Under the pieces are notes generated by a model that saw only the letters and a program-made list of their open reading frames with translations, had not been told where the DNA came from and did not search any database. Below are positions 1 through 10,324 of a stretch of 64,000 bases of DNA, piece by piece. Position numbers and translations under genes: made by a program. Location of the stretch: contig JAHLWZ010000816.1 of the NCBI GenBank assembly GCA_020536535.1, positions 51,304 through 115,303 of the forward strand, written 5' to 3'. Numbering within the stretch: position 1 is the first letter of the stretch; each line of letters opens with the position of its first letter. Origin of the DNA: Pelomyxa schiedti. Its lineage: Eukaryota > Protista > Evosea.

Positions 1-358
1 TGACAGCTGCGTCGTTGTTACAAGGTAAACGGACCAGAAAAAGAATTTAATTGCATGAACCAACTTACAATCGTCCAGAATGCCAGACAATTGAGCCGTG
101 CACAAGTCCATCAGTTCATACTTGGGCAATTGCTTTTGGAGCAACCCCAAGATATAAGTAGTCATTGCTCTCGGGTCCGCTCGTGTACTGCGAAAAAAAA
201 AAAAAAAAAAAAGGTAAAAAAAAAGGAATGAAATAAAGGCTTCGTGCATGGTGCAGGAAGGCAGTTATGGGACAAGACAAGTCGGAGGAGTACAATTGAT
301 CCACGGTGACAAGCAACCACTGCTCAATCTCGTGCAATACCGCATCGTCTGTCAACAT
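1..358 (-). CDS. PWI-domain protein, RBM26/27-like N-terminus (partial; gene runs off the left edge)
   Basis: Joining exon 358-294 to exon 187-69 across a GT..AG intron gives MLTDDAVLHEIEQWLLVTVDQFTRADPRAMTTYILGLLQKQLPKYELMDLCTAQLSGILDD. This matches the RBM26/27 PWI pattern (WL..xx..ADP.A..YI..L...L...C..QL..L). Confidence 0.65.
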
Positions 359-615
359 TTTTCTTTCCCTTGTTTGATGGACGCGACTTCGCGGAATCAG
401 GGGCGTAAGGGACCCACCCCCAAGGTGTTTGTTGGGTTTTTTTGGCGACTGGGATCTCGCCACAGGATGCCTCCTCGGATGCTGGAAAGAACACCACGAA
501 AGGACCAGGCATTTCAGAATGTTCCCTCCACCAGTACAGTTTCTGCTCCATTGATGGGGAAAATGTGTGGTTCCCAAAAATGGTGGTATTGTTTTGGTAT
601 TATTTGTACATAGAA

Positions 616-2037
616 TTATAGTCTGACTCTTATCCTTATGAACAAGGTGTCGTCTACTACATATGACTCCATCTGCGCTTTTGTCATGAACTTAAACCAG
701 CCGTAGAAGTCATCACTCGATTTTCTAGCAAGACTCCTTTTCACTTGATCAGCAAAGGCTTCATCTGTTATGATCTCCAGGGTATCCACTGTAGACCCAA
801 CTGTCACAGTGACAACCTAAAGGCAGAAGCGTTAGTATTAATTGGGCATTGTGTGACTCATGCCAAATTAGATAGAGGTAGTCCTGATGAAGGGAAATGT
901 TGAGGCCGTATCCCAAAGAATAATGCCAAGTGGCCGGCACCTGCTAAAGTCTGTCCGGCAAGGCAGGCTTTCATCTCAAATGCTACGCCTCTTGTTGGAA
1001 TAAGTTCTCAAAGTATTAGGAAAGTATTTCTGATACCTGCATACTAAGATTGGGCTAGAAAGTGTGGGTGTTGCACCGTTATTTAGGGCTTGCTCTGCAG
1101 CGCCCAGTTCTGCCCGGTAATTGTTTATTTTCCAGATTGCTTCATCTTGAATTTCCATTAAGCTAGTCCGTAGGCGAACTATTTCGGCTTGTTGCCGGTG
1201 TAGTTGGTCCGATTGCTCTGCCAGTAATCTGGATTGTGAGTCCATTTGTGTGCGTTGCTTATCTACTAATGAGGCGAGGATTGCAAGGTGCTCGAAAATG
1301 GATTCTTGAATGTGAGAACGAGCATTTTTGCGGGTTCCTTTCCATGTGCACCCCGCAACGGAGCACTCAACTACAGCACAATCGCATGATTTTGTGTGCC
1401 TATCTTTATCCTTTCTCAGGACTTCCTCCCCACACATGCACTTGTAGGGTGAATTAGGGCACTCACTGGTATGGGTCTGCATGTTAACCCAAGGCAGTTC
1501 GATGCCACAAGCCTGGCAAGCCACCACTCTAAAAGGGCACTCTCCAGCATGTTTTGCCTCAAGCCTTCTGGCTATAGAAACACCACACCCTTTCCACCTG
1601 CACGGCATTGGGGCATATATGCAGTCATCTTCCACATGCCGATTTAACTTCCCCAATTGCATTATGGCTGTGCAGCCGTCTGATTTGTGTGGGCAGTGTA
1701 CCTCCAGCCGCTCTCTTACACTTAGAAATAGTCTTGCTGGTTTCACAAAGTCTTTGCCAATTGAAACAGGCATGGCTTTACAGCATGGACATTGTGGCTT
1801 CACTTCCAATGAATGTTCCAAACAGCTCCTGCAAAAAACATACGCCTAAAATACGTCGAGGCTTAGTTATTTTGTTTTGTTTGCTTTTTTTTGTGTGTGT
1901 GTTGACAAAACAGACTGGGTGTGGCATATGCATACCTCATTTCCATGCACCAGAGGGTCAATTGCGAAGTCCCGGCATATTGGACATATGTACTCCCGGC
2001 CGGGTTCCTGTACGAAGTGGTATTTGTTTTCGTCCAT
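616..2037 (-). CDS. TRAF-like protein (RING + TRAF zinc fingers + coiled coil + MATH), spliced
   Basis: ATG at 2037 in GCCATG context. RING CPICRDFAIDPLVH..FCRSCLE..CPCC; TRAF zinc fingers (CPHKSDGC..H...C, CRWKGC..H...C, CQAC..H...C); coiled coil; MATH start AIWKINNY; MATH end YGWFKFMTKAQMESYVVDDTLFIRIRV* (ORF 616-807). Confidence 0.85.
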
Positions 2038-2818
2038 GGCAGCGGGGCGCCGGGGGCTGCGGGGGATTTTGGTTTTTTTTTAAGAGGACCACGACCACGT
2101 AGGAACGGCACAGTTGATTTTTTTTTTCCCCCTCAGGGCAGGGAGGGAAAAAAAAGACTGGAAGAGCGGGGCTCGGGAATTTTTTTTGAAGTACCGGGCG
2201 AGAGGGCTAGGGGAAATGTACTGAGGAAAAAGAGAGCGAGACCAGGGCAGGGGTTCGGCGAGATAGGCAAAGGGGTCTGGTTGGGAACTCACTTGTGAGG
2301 GAGTTTGGTGTGGTTGATTATAGTAGCAATACAACAGGAGATACTGCCCCCATTAGTGCAGCTTCCAACAACCGAAATATTTACATAGCTACTAGCTAGT
2401 TGTTTGCTTGAAGCGACCATAGGAATGAGTGCTTAGTAGACTGGTAATGCAAATATAACATTGCTTGTAATGGAATTAGCTTGATAACATAACTTGATGT
2501 TAACTTATTAAGTTAATAAGGTTATAGGTTTTTGGGTTTTGTGTGCGCTGTGGTCAGAGTGAGGAAAACCTATTTTCTCCATATAAATAAAATGGAACAC
2601 AATTCATGCACCAACTCAGCTTTGTTTGCCTACAGTTGGCGATTTTTCATTTCCACAGGAATGGATCCGGCACATCACCACCAAATGGTTTTTTTTTATC
2701 TCTTAATCATCCCCATAGCTCCTCGCCCACAACGGTGGCGCAGCCAATCAATCCGAATCAACGGACAATTAGATGAAGAGTAAGTTTTTTTTTCTTTTTT
2801 TTGTACGCAAAAACCCAA

Positions 2819-4606
2819 TCAATTTGAAGCCCAGAGGAAACAAAGGTTGCGTATCACCTCAGAACCTTTTGTAAGTGCAGACAGGGGCACAAACTCTGAT
2901 TTGGCATGGAAGTTCACACCACCTGTAGTTGTGGTGTGTGATGTTAGAAACAAGTCGAGTGAGTAGTGTTGTTTCGCGTTGGTTTGCTTTTGCTTGTGTG
3001 TTAAATTAAGGTTTCTTTACCTGCGAACAGGTTTGGACAAGGAAGCCCCATTTCACAGAGTCTGGCACCGTCTGTTCCGCCTCGTATTTGTGTCACCTTT
3101 GGAGTGATTCCAGCCTGTCTCATGGCCTCCGCGGCACGATCGACAACTGCCGGGTGAGCATCAATGACAGAGCGCATGTTTGTGTACTGCTGAGTATAGG
3201 TAATAGGCGGGATTGTGGCTCTGGGATACCGGATCCGCAGGAATTGTGCTGCTGCATCCATCAGTGCCATCAATTTCTGTGGAATGAGGTTGGATTGGTT
3301 TCGTTTTCACGCGCTCCCTTTTTTTTTGGGTGGCATGGAATACCTTCATTCCGTCCATTGTGAACTCTCGTAGAATGAAGGTTGCTTTTGACTTTCCTGC
3401 GTCACCTTCCAAATTGCACAGGTGAATGAACCCATCCATATCCTGGATTAATTGTTGTTGAGTAAATTGTATGGTTACTGCGATATGGAGAAACCTTGGT
3501 TGTTTCAGGCCTCTTTTCTGCTGGGAGGAGTGTCACAAATTCACTGACAATAATTGCGGCGTTGGCCATTTTCTGGAACGACATTCCTGGGTGCACTTGA
3601 ACACCTGTGCACTCAAAAATAGCTTTGTAGGCATTGAAATTTTCAATTTCCAATTCTCCGATCTCCCCTACAAGCTTTGAGTGGCTAGAAGGAATGTAAC
3701 AATAAGACCTCCATCCACTGTATAGGCATATTCTACTCCAAGTTTGGCAATATCAATATGGTCTGTACCCCCTCCAACTTCCTCGTCAGGTGTGAATATT
3801 ACACGTATCTTTGGTCGTGGCCTGGTAGGTTCAACTTGCATGATATTCTGAATTGCATCCATTATAATTGCCACTCCAGCTTTATCATCAGCACCCAGCT
3901 ATTTTCACAATGAGGGTTGAAGTGTGTCTAACATAACACTACAAGAGTTGTGCCGTCACTGCTTATGATCTTATCTCCCTTGTAACGCTCCAATTGCTCC
4001 CAAGGTATCACAACAGAAGGATCACCAGGAAGTTGGATGGGTTTGCCAGTAGCAACAACCTCTTGTACAATGGGTTTTACTCCAGAACCTACCATAGTGA
4101 GTTATTCCTTAAGAAAGTGACCATAAGGTACTCTTGCAGCAACAAAAATAAAATCAAACACCAAAATACCTGGGGCATCAGGACTGACATCCACGTGAGC
4201 AATGAGGCCTATGGAATGAGTTGACGAGCAATTAGATGGGATTGTCCCAGTGACAATGCAAAATTGATCAACAGCTGCATCTGTGACCCCTATTTGCATA
4301 AACAAAAAGAGCTGGTTATTTAAGACTCAAAAAGGAGCACATTATTCATTTCATAAAGAAAGATAAAAAAAAAAACCGAGGTGAATGAGCTCGTCAACCA
4401 AGATTCTAGCCAAATCAAATTGCCTCATCGTGGAAGGAAACGTAGTGGCGTCATGGGCACTTTTTTGTTTTAGGTTAGGCTTCTATACCCAGTGTGAATT
4501 ATGGTAGTTGAGTATAACTTAGGATGCCACCCATAATTAACGCTTACCTTTGAGTGTCAACCCTGACGTATCGAAGAAACCTGTCTAGCACTGTGTCAGC
4601 GCTCAT
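2819..4606 (-). CDS. pepT: Peptidase T (M20B tripeptide aminopeptidase), multi-exon
   Basis: Exons give MSADTVLDRFLRYVRVDTQS, FPSTMRQFDLARILVDEL, IGLIAHVDVSPD, IRVIFTPDEEVGGG, AYTVDGG, ENFNAYKA, VHPG, RPETT, IRGGTDGARLCEMGLPCPNLFAG and NFHAKSEFV, all hallmark PepT motifs, split by GT-AG introns. Confidence 0.93.
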
Positions 4607-4649
4607 GTTCGGTGTCGAAAACTTTGATTATTGACGAAAAATTGAGGGG

Positions 4650-5970
4650 TCAGAACCGGAAGTGACTGGACTGCAAAAAAAAAAACTGTTCTCTTTGTTT
4701 TGGAGAGTGTTTTATGCAACACTTTATGGCTCTGAAGGAAGTTGGGGTGGTACATAGCCAGAACTGGCTTCCTTGTGTTGGGTTGGTTTGAGTTTCAGGG
4801 ATGGTTTGGCATACGGGCTGAGAGGTGGCAGCTTCTTCAGCTTTCTTCTTGCCTTCCATATACATGATAAGAAGAGCGGCACAGCAGTATAAGAACATCA
4901 GTGGAAACCTTGAGGATTAAGGAGAAAAAAAGGTGGAGGTGAGGAGTAATACATTCCGGTAAGCATTAAATAGGAACCATATACTGGTGATGTTTGTGCA
5001 ATGGCAGAGATTCTGAGAAATGACCTAAGAAAAACAACAAAAGGGAGATTGACAAAGAAACCCCATTATGGAAGCACCCAGTGCATTTATGGTTGCAAAA
5101 ATGGCCATTCCAAGTGCATCAACCCACAATTTGCATATAAATAACCCAAAAGCGATGTAGACTGGGCAAACAATGCCAATAAGTAAAAGTGCTGCCCCGA
5201 AAGGTATATTGACTTTTGTAGTGATCGGGAAACCAACTTCGTCTCATAAGATTTTTGTTTGTTTACTACTGGAAACATACCCACCATAGACAGACCCAAA
5301 CCCGCAAGTAGACACACACCTATCAGACATACACGCTTCACATCCCATGACTGGGCAAAGTGAGACGGAATGAAATTAGATAACGGCCTTTACCAAGTGA
5401 GGAGGTGAGAACATGTTTCTCCACTGAAGGAGAACCCCTCCAATGCATGATGCACTCCAGAGGAACAACAGTATGTATGCTCCACAAATAAAGCAAAAAC
5501 ACCATGGAACAGCCCGCGCGTGATGAGTAAATGAGGAAATTCTGGGGTGCTAGTTAAAGGCAGTGGAATTGCAATTATCTGAGGGACAAGTGCTACATAC
5601 ATCATTGTCAGTAGGACGATGAAGTCTATGACAGAGAGGGCAAAAAGTGCAATTGCCTCATGGCGCATTTTTAGCACATACATGGCATACATTACATAGA
5701 GATGGCAAGCCAATCCCACAAGTAAGAAAGAACCCCCTAGGGCTGGGTGCACGTATACCAGCAGTGGAAACGACACTGTAAACACGCCGGTGTTTTTTGG
5801 TTTGTACAAAGCCAACAAAGATGCGAAAAGCCGTTACCTACAATTACAGCAGCGTTTATTATGACCAAAATAGTGGATATCAACAAAGATCTCTTCACGT
5901 AGTCCCACGTGACTTCGGGGTTTCCCGACACTTTCCCCACGGCCTCGTCCACCAACGTGTATTGACTCAT
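4650..5970 (-). CDS. Hypothetical multi-pass membrane protein, spliced
   Basis: Several hydrophobic exon-sized ORFs (5737-5994, 5390-5818, 4650-4898) separated by GT-AG intron-like gaps; no family recognised. Confidence 0.4.
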
Positions 5971-6290
5971 ATTTGTATGGTCTTGTATTACCACTCAATC
6001 GCCCTTTTTCGATAAACCGCTTGTGCGGGTGGTTGGCTGCTGTTGTTTCCTTTTTTTTCTTTTTTTCTTTTCTCAAGCCTCAACTTGTCATCAACCAAAT
6101 CAGATCTCCCTCCGATGACTTACATACATATTTCTCAGGAAACACACAGCATCCCATTTCACGTACCATGGTAGCCCCTCTGTAGCCGAAGTGAACCACC
6201 TGATCATATCCAACTTGCTTTCAGGTCGAAAGTCTCTTTCAAGGAACTTGCGATACCAACGAACAGCGGTCGTAGTAGTCATCCCCTTCC

Positions 6291-7411
6291 ATGGCAACAA
6301 CGACTCCTCCGTCGTCAGCATTAACAGCAACAGCGTCGCCGCTACCGCCGGGATCCACAACGTCGGCCAGGGGAGTGATCGAGGAGGTGGTACGGCAGGT
6401 TGAAGCGCATTATGGGGTGGCTGTGGTGGCGGCAGTCGAGGGGGGCAGCCGAGCGTGGGGATTCGCGAGCCCCAAGAGCGACCACGGTAGCTTTTTGGTT
6501 TTTGTTTTTTGTTTTCTAAGAAGATATTTTGTAAAGATGTTAGAGGTGTGTTTGTGAGAAGACGTGATGAGTACTTGAGGATTGAGGATGAAGCTTTACC
6601 TGACACCATTTCGTATAAAGCTGACACATGTAAGCCGCAGGTCGAATTCGTTGGGTATTCTGAATACCTGTTGATGTAACACTAGCATGGTAACTTACAA
6701 CAAAAACGAACAGGTGGGATATTAGGAAAGCTTTGAAACTACTCCGAGAGAGCAACCCCGGAATTTTGGAGTGGTTTTCTTTGCCAAGAGAGCTCGTGTA
6801 TCGCGATCTACACGACTTTTTTGGAGCAACATCGTCTCTTGCACAAAGGGATATGTCTCCTGAAGCCTTGGTAAGACATTATAGGAACACAGCAATGAAA
6901 CACCAAAAGTATAGCACAATATGTCCTGTGCACTTTACTTATTATATTTACAAAGGCTTTACTTCACAAATACAAGGCAAGTAATGTCGAAGAAGTATTT
7001 TTATGTATTTCGCCCACTACTATGTGTGGAATGGATAATAAATAACCCAGGTATTCTTCCCGAAAAATATCCAACACTAACACCCCAAGGAAAGCCGTCG
7101 CCTGTATCTCTTCATGATCTTGTTGCCTTAAGCACAGCTGAAGCTGCACACACACTTTCAGACATGCTCACAAGGCATAACTCTCAAGGCTCCGGGCTTA
7201 TTGACAGGTAAAAAAAGCTCATTCTCCCAGTTTTTCACTAAAAAGTTTAAGGGTACCGCTTTTGGACCAATGGGCCCAAGACCTATTTGCAAAAACAAAA
7301 ACTTTTATTGACACCTTGCCGGCACATAGGCCAGCAACACATTCGGGTGTGGAATACAATACCCTTTGCAGTAAAATGATAAACACAGTTGAAGAGACAA
7401 GAAAATCTTGA
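6291..7411 (+). CDS. RlaP/YcgL-like (PF10127) Pol-beta superfamily nucleotidyltransferase, 5 exons
   Basis: Spliced reading: VEAHYGVAVVAAVEGGSRAWGFASPKSDH|DVRGVFV...VEFVG|WDIRKALKLLRESNPGILEW...HYRNTAMKHQK|...KKYFYVFRPLLCVEW...|RVPLLDQWAQDL. This is colinear with the bacterial family pattern GSRAWGFASPDSDYDVRF, GWDLRKAL.LL..SNP..LEW, KKYFYVLRP. Confidence 0.87.
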
Positions 7412-7432
7412 GACAAAAACGAATTGTCTCAA

Positions 7433-8984
7433 TTAATGTTCTATTTTTGGCCAGTGATCAGTATATGACAGTGAGGATTGGATGATAGAGAAAATGCCCA
7501 GCAGGACTGTGAAAATTGATACACCGATATATAGAGGCTTTCTTTTCACTCTGGAGGTACCGAAGGCACCAAATGGAATAGCAAGAAGAGCCCCCACAAG
7601 TAGATATGGAACAAGTGCGTAGTACTCGTCAACGTGTCCGTTGAGGCTGTAGGAATGTAAGGCGAAGGTATTTGAAACACAAAAGAACTCACCACTCCTT
7701 TGCGGTGTAGTTTGGCAGTGGCGATTCACTACCAGACACAGGTGGACTTTTTTGTTCGCATTGTATCATAGAGGAAGTGAAATAACATATGGTGCTTACA
7801 CCACACACAATGACCTCAGAGTAAGGAGTGACACCGATAGAGTTGCGCTCTGGTCTGCCGGCCAGCATTTGGCCCGTTACTGCCACAGGGCCAGATCCTC
7901 CACCAGACAGACCCTGTCCTTTGTGTTGATTTTATGGGGTTTAGGTTTCTGACACACCTTATTGAAGCCTGTGATTATGGATATGATAAATATCTTCCAC
8001 CAAGCAAATTTCCATTCTACAAGTGTCGTCACATGAAGAACTTGGAAACGAAGAGCACATACTTGGTTTGAAAACGTACATACAGAAGGTAAATATGCCC
8101 ATAGTGAGAGCAATAATACCAATGTACAACTTAATAACAAAATTGAACTGCTTTGATATACTACCATAGACACTGACTATTTGAGAAATAATCTAATAAG
8201 AGTAAGGAATAAGAACAATGAAAGATTGCTTACAGCGCCGATAGAGCCTATTCCTCCTAAGAACATGATGATACGTACATCATAAGTAAGGTATTTATTG
8301 AGGACAAATCCAGTTTTCTTGTACAGCCATACCCACCAGATCCAGGTGAATTTTGGGGGCTACGTGTAATTGTCAGTACAACGCTATCTAAGGGGAGATC
8401 TTCATCACCTGCTCAATAGTGAACGAATCATCCTCCCGTTCCAAATCGGCATTAGCTGCCGATAGGGAACTCAATTCTATTTCAGAGGCAGGAGGTGGAG
8501 ATGCATGTTCTTTCTCCAGTGACTTGAACACATCAACCATACTGTTATCACCCTCTGCTGCAACAACTACTTCCCCAGAAGCACTGGCACTAGCCGCAAC
8601 AGGGTCAGCCAAAGGATCGGGGTCCTCTGTATTAGTTTCCTTGTTCCGGAACGCTCCCTTCTCTATTTCTGTCTTGCGAAAGATGAAGTTGTTCTTCAGG
8701 AACATGTGAAAGAGCCCGCTGAATATTGACGTGATAAACTCGACCATAAGTAAGCTAATAACCACCTCCTTTCTCTCATATCCATAGGCAAGTAGTACAG
8801 GTGATAATACAGTACCCCAGCCCATACCTTTTAAAAACGTGGGTTAAAGAATAAAATAATAAGAGAAAAACAAATGACCGGAAGAGAGGGGGGGGAAAAT
8901 AACTCTACCGAGCATCGTTTTGAAGAACTGTACGATGAAGGCGGAAATGGGTACAACGAAAAACCACACGTCAACAACAACCAT
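7433..8984 (-). CDS. TauE/SafE (DUF81) sulfite-exporter-family membrane protein, spliced
   Basis: N-terminus MVVVDVWFFVVPISAFIVQFFKTMLG|MGWGTVLSPVLLAYGYERKEVVISLLMVEF fits the TauE G(M/G)GxGxxLxPxL motif; further hydrophobic exons, including YLLVGALLAIPFGAFGT, run to the stop at 7433. Confidence 0.68.
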
Positions 8985-9394
8985 CTCGCAATAGGAGACT
9001 TCGATCTAGAGAAAAGATGGCGAACGGTCAGCGCTGACGAGATCTGACAGATCGCGTGTGCGTGTTGTGGGGGGTTTTGTTTTGTTTTGTTTTGTTTTGT
9101 TTCGTTTCGTTTCGTTCGTGTTTTTATTAAAAGGTCGCTATTCGTCGGTGAATTTGTTTCGCGTTGTTTTTTCGCGGATGGGAGGTGGAAAAAGAGGAGG
9201 CATCTACCTCTGCTTTTTCGAGTGATTTTTCACAGTCTATCCTATCGGAAGCGCTATGAACTACATTACATGGAAGGTTTTCTCACAAGAGTGGTCGGTG
9301 GGTGATGAGGTAACCTGGCTGGCGGTTGCAACAATTGATACTGATACACCAATGCCACAATGCAATTGCACGTACTTATGTGCAACTCGTGGCC

Positions 9395-9817
9395 TTAACC
9401 TTTCAATATGATGAGTTGGCCACGAGGTCTATGCATTGAAGGTTTTGGTTTTGGTTTTGGGAAAGTTCGTCTTGCAATGCCAATGGGAAATACGATTTGC
9501 TGTTTTTCAAGGACTGTGAGGAAGTTTTTCGTTGGGTGTGTGGGTGGAGACACTGGCACTGTGAGCACAGTTTTAATTTCCTCTTTTTTAACGCTTTTTT
9601 GCACCTGTTCGTTCGGAAGGTCAGTTTTTTCCCTTTGCTGGATGTGCGGAAGGAATCGGAAGACACCTTCTCTGCACTGCCTTTGGATAATCCATTTCTG
9701 ATCATTGCCAGATATGAGAAACGGCACTTCAATTGATTTCACTGCTACCTTGAAGAAGTGAGAAAGAGTTTTCGGGATTGCGCTTCTGTACAACTTTTTC
9801 GTGCGGTGAGAACGCAT
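9395..9817 (-). CDS. Possible small hypothetical protein
   Basis: Stop-free frame from ATG 9817 (MRSHRTKKLY...) to TAA 9395; an overlapping alternative frame (9403-9732) is also open, so the structure is unresolved. Confidence 0.3.
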   Translation of the reverse strand: MRSHRTKKLYRSAIPKTLSHFFKVAVKSIEVPFLISGNDQKWIIQRQCREGVFRFLPHIQQREKTDLPNEQVQKSVKKEEIKTVLTVPVSPPTHPTKNFLTVLEKQQIVFPIGIARRTFPKPKPKPSMHRPRGQLIILKG

Positions 9818-10073
9818 CAAGACCCCAAAAAAGCGAAATGCACCGACACCCTCTCGGGTCATTCTCTGTCTCTGCAAGATCCTATGAAATTAAGCGAAGA
9901 AAAGTGGATGAATAAAATAATCAACAGACCGGAACGCGGTCTGGTGTGGGTGCCTTGGCAAAGCAACCTTGGAGCAACAAAAAAATTTAGATGGAGGTGG
10001 TTTGCGTTGTCGAAGACCCGAACCACTGTTTCCTTTTTCATTGGAACCAATGGTATGCCAGAGAGTCCGTTTA

Positions 10074-10165
10074 GGCGCGCTTCCGCTGCGCTACGGGGCT
10101 TTGGTGTTTGTCTCCTTCCTTAGCCCCGGATGGTTTCGATCCACCGACCTCCGCTTTATGAGAGC
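10074..10165 (-). tRNA. Circularly permuted tRNA-Met(CAT), initiator-type: 3' half (10165-10121), 20-nt spacer (10120-10101), 5' half (10100-10074)
   Basis: Minus strand: GCTCTCATAAAGCGGAGGTCGGTGGATCGAAACCATCCGGGGCTA, then AGGAAGGAGACAAACACCAA, then AGCCCCGTAGCGCAGCGGAAGCGCGCC. Rejoined 72-nt cloverleaf: acceptor AGCCCCG/CGGGGCU 7/7; D stem GCGC/GCGC; anticodon stem CCGCU/AGCGG 5/5 with loop CU-CAU-AA; T stem GGUGG/CCAUC with loop AUCGAAA; A1:U72; discriminator A. Confidence 0.85.
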
Positions 10166-10324
10166 TTTTGTCCCCCCCAGCCTAAGGTAACCCCACTGAC
10201 TTCATTGGAGCCTCCTCCTCAAAATCACTACCGCACAAACGAATTGTTTTTCGCTGTTTTAGGTTGTTGAGATGGGATTATGGGTTGGTTGTTGCGTGGA
10301 AACTCAAAGGGCAACACAACAAGC

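Noticed and set aside
2532-2783. Short plus-strand ORF with intron-like AG sites
   Set aside because: No consistent spliced reading frame or recognisable product could be built.
9075-9120. (TTTTG)n/(TTTCG)n short tandem repeat
   Set aside because: Simple microsatellite in the AC-rich leader of the TauE gene; no spacers, so not CRISPR-like.
9758-10123. 121-aa plus-strand ORF
   Set aside because: It runs antisense through the permuted tRNA halves, has no recognisable motif or splice context, and is best explained as a chance open frame.
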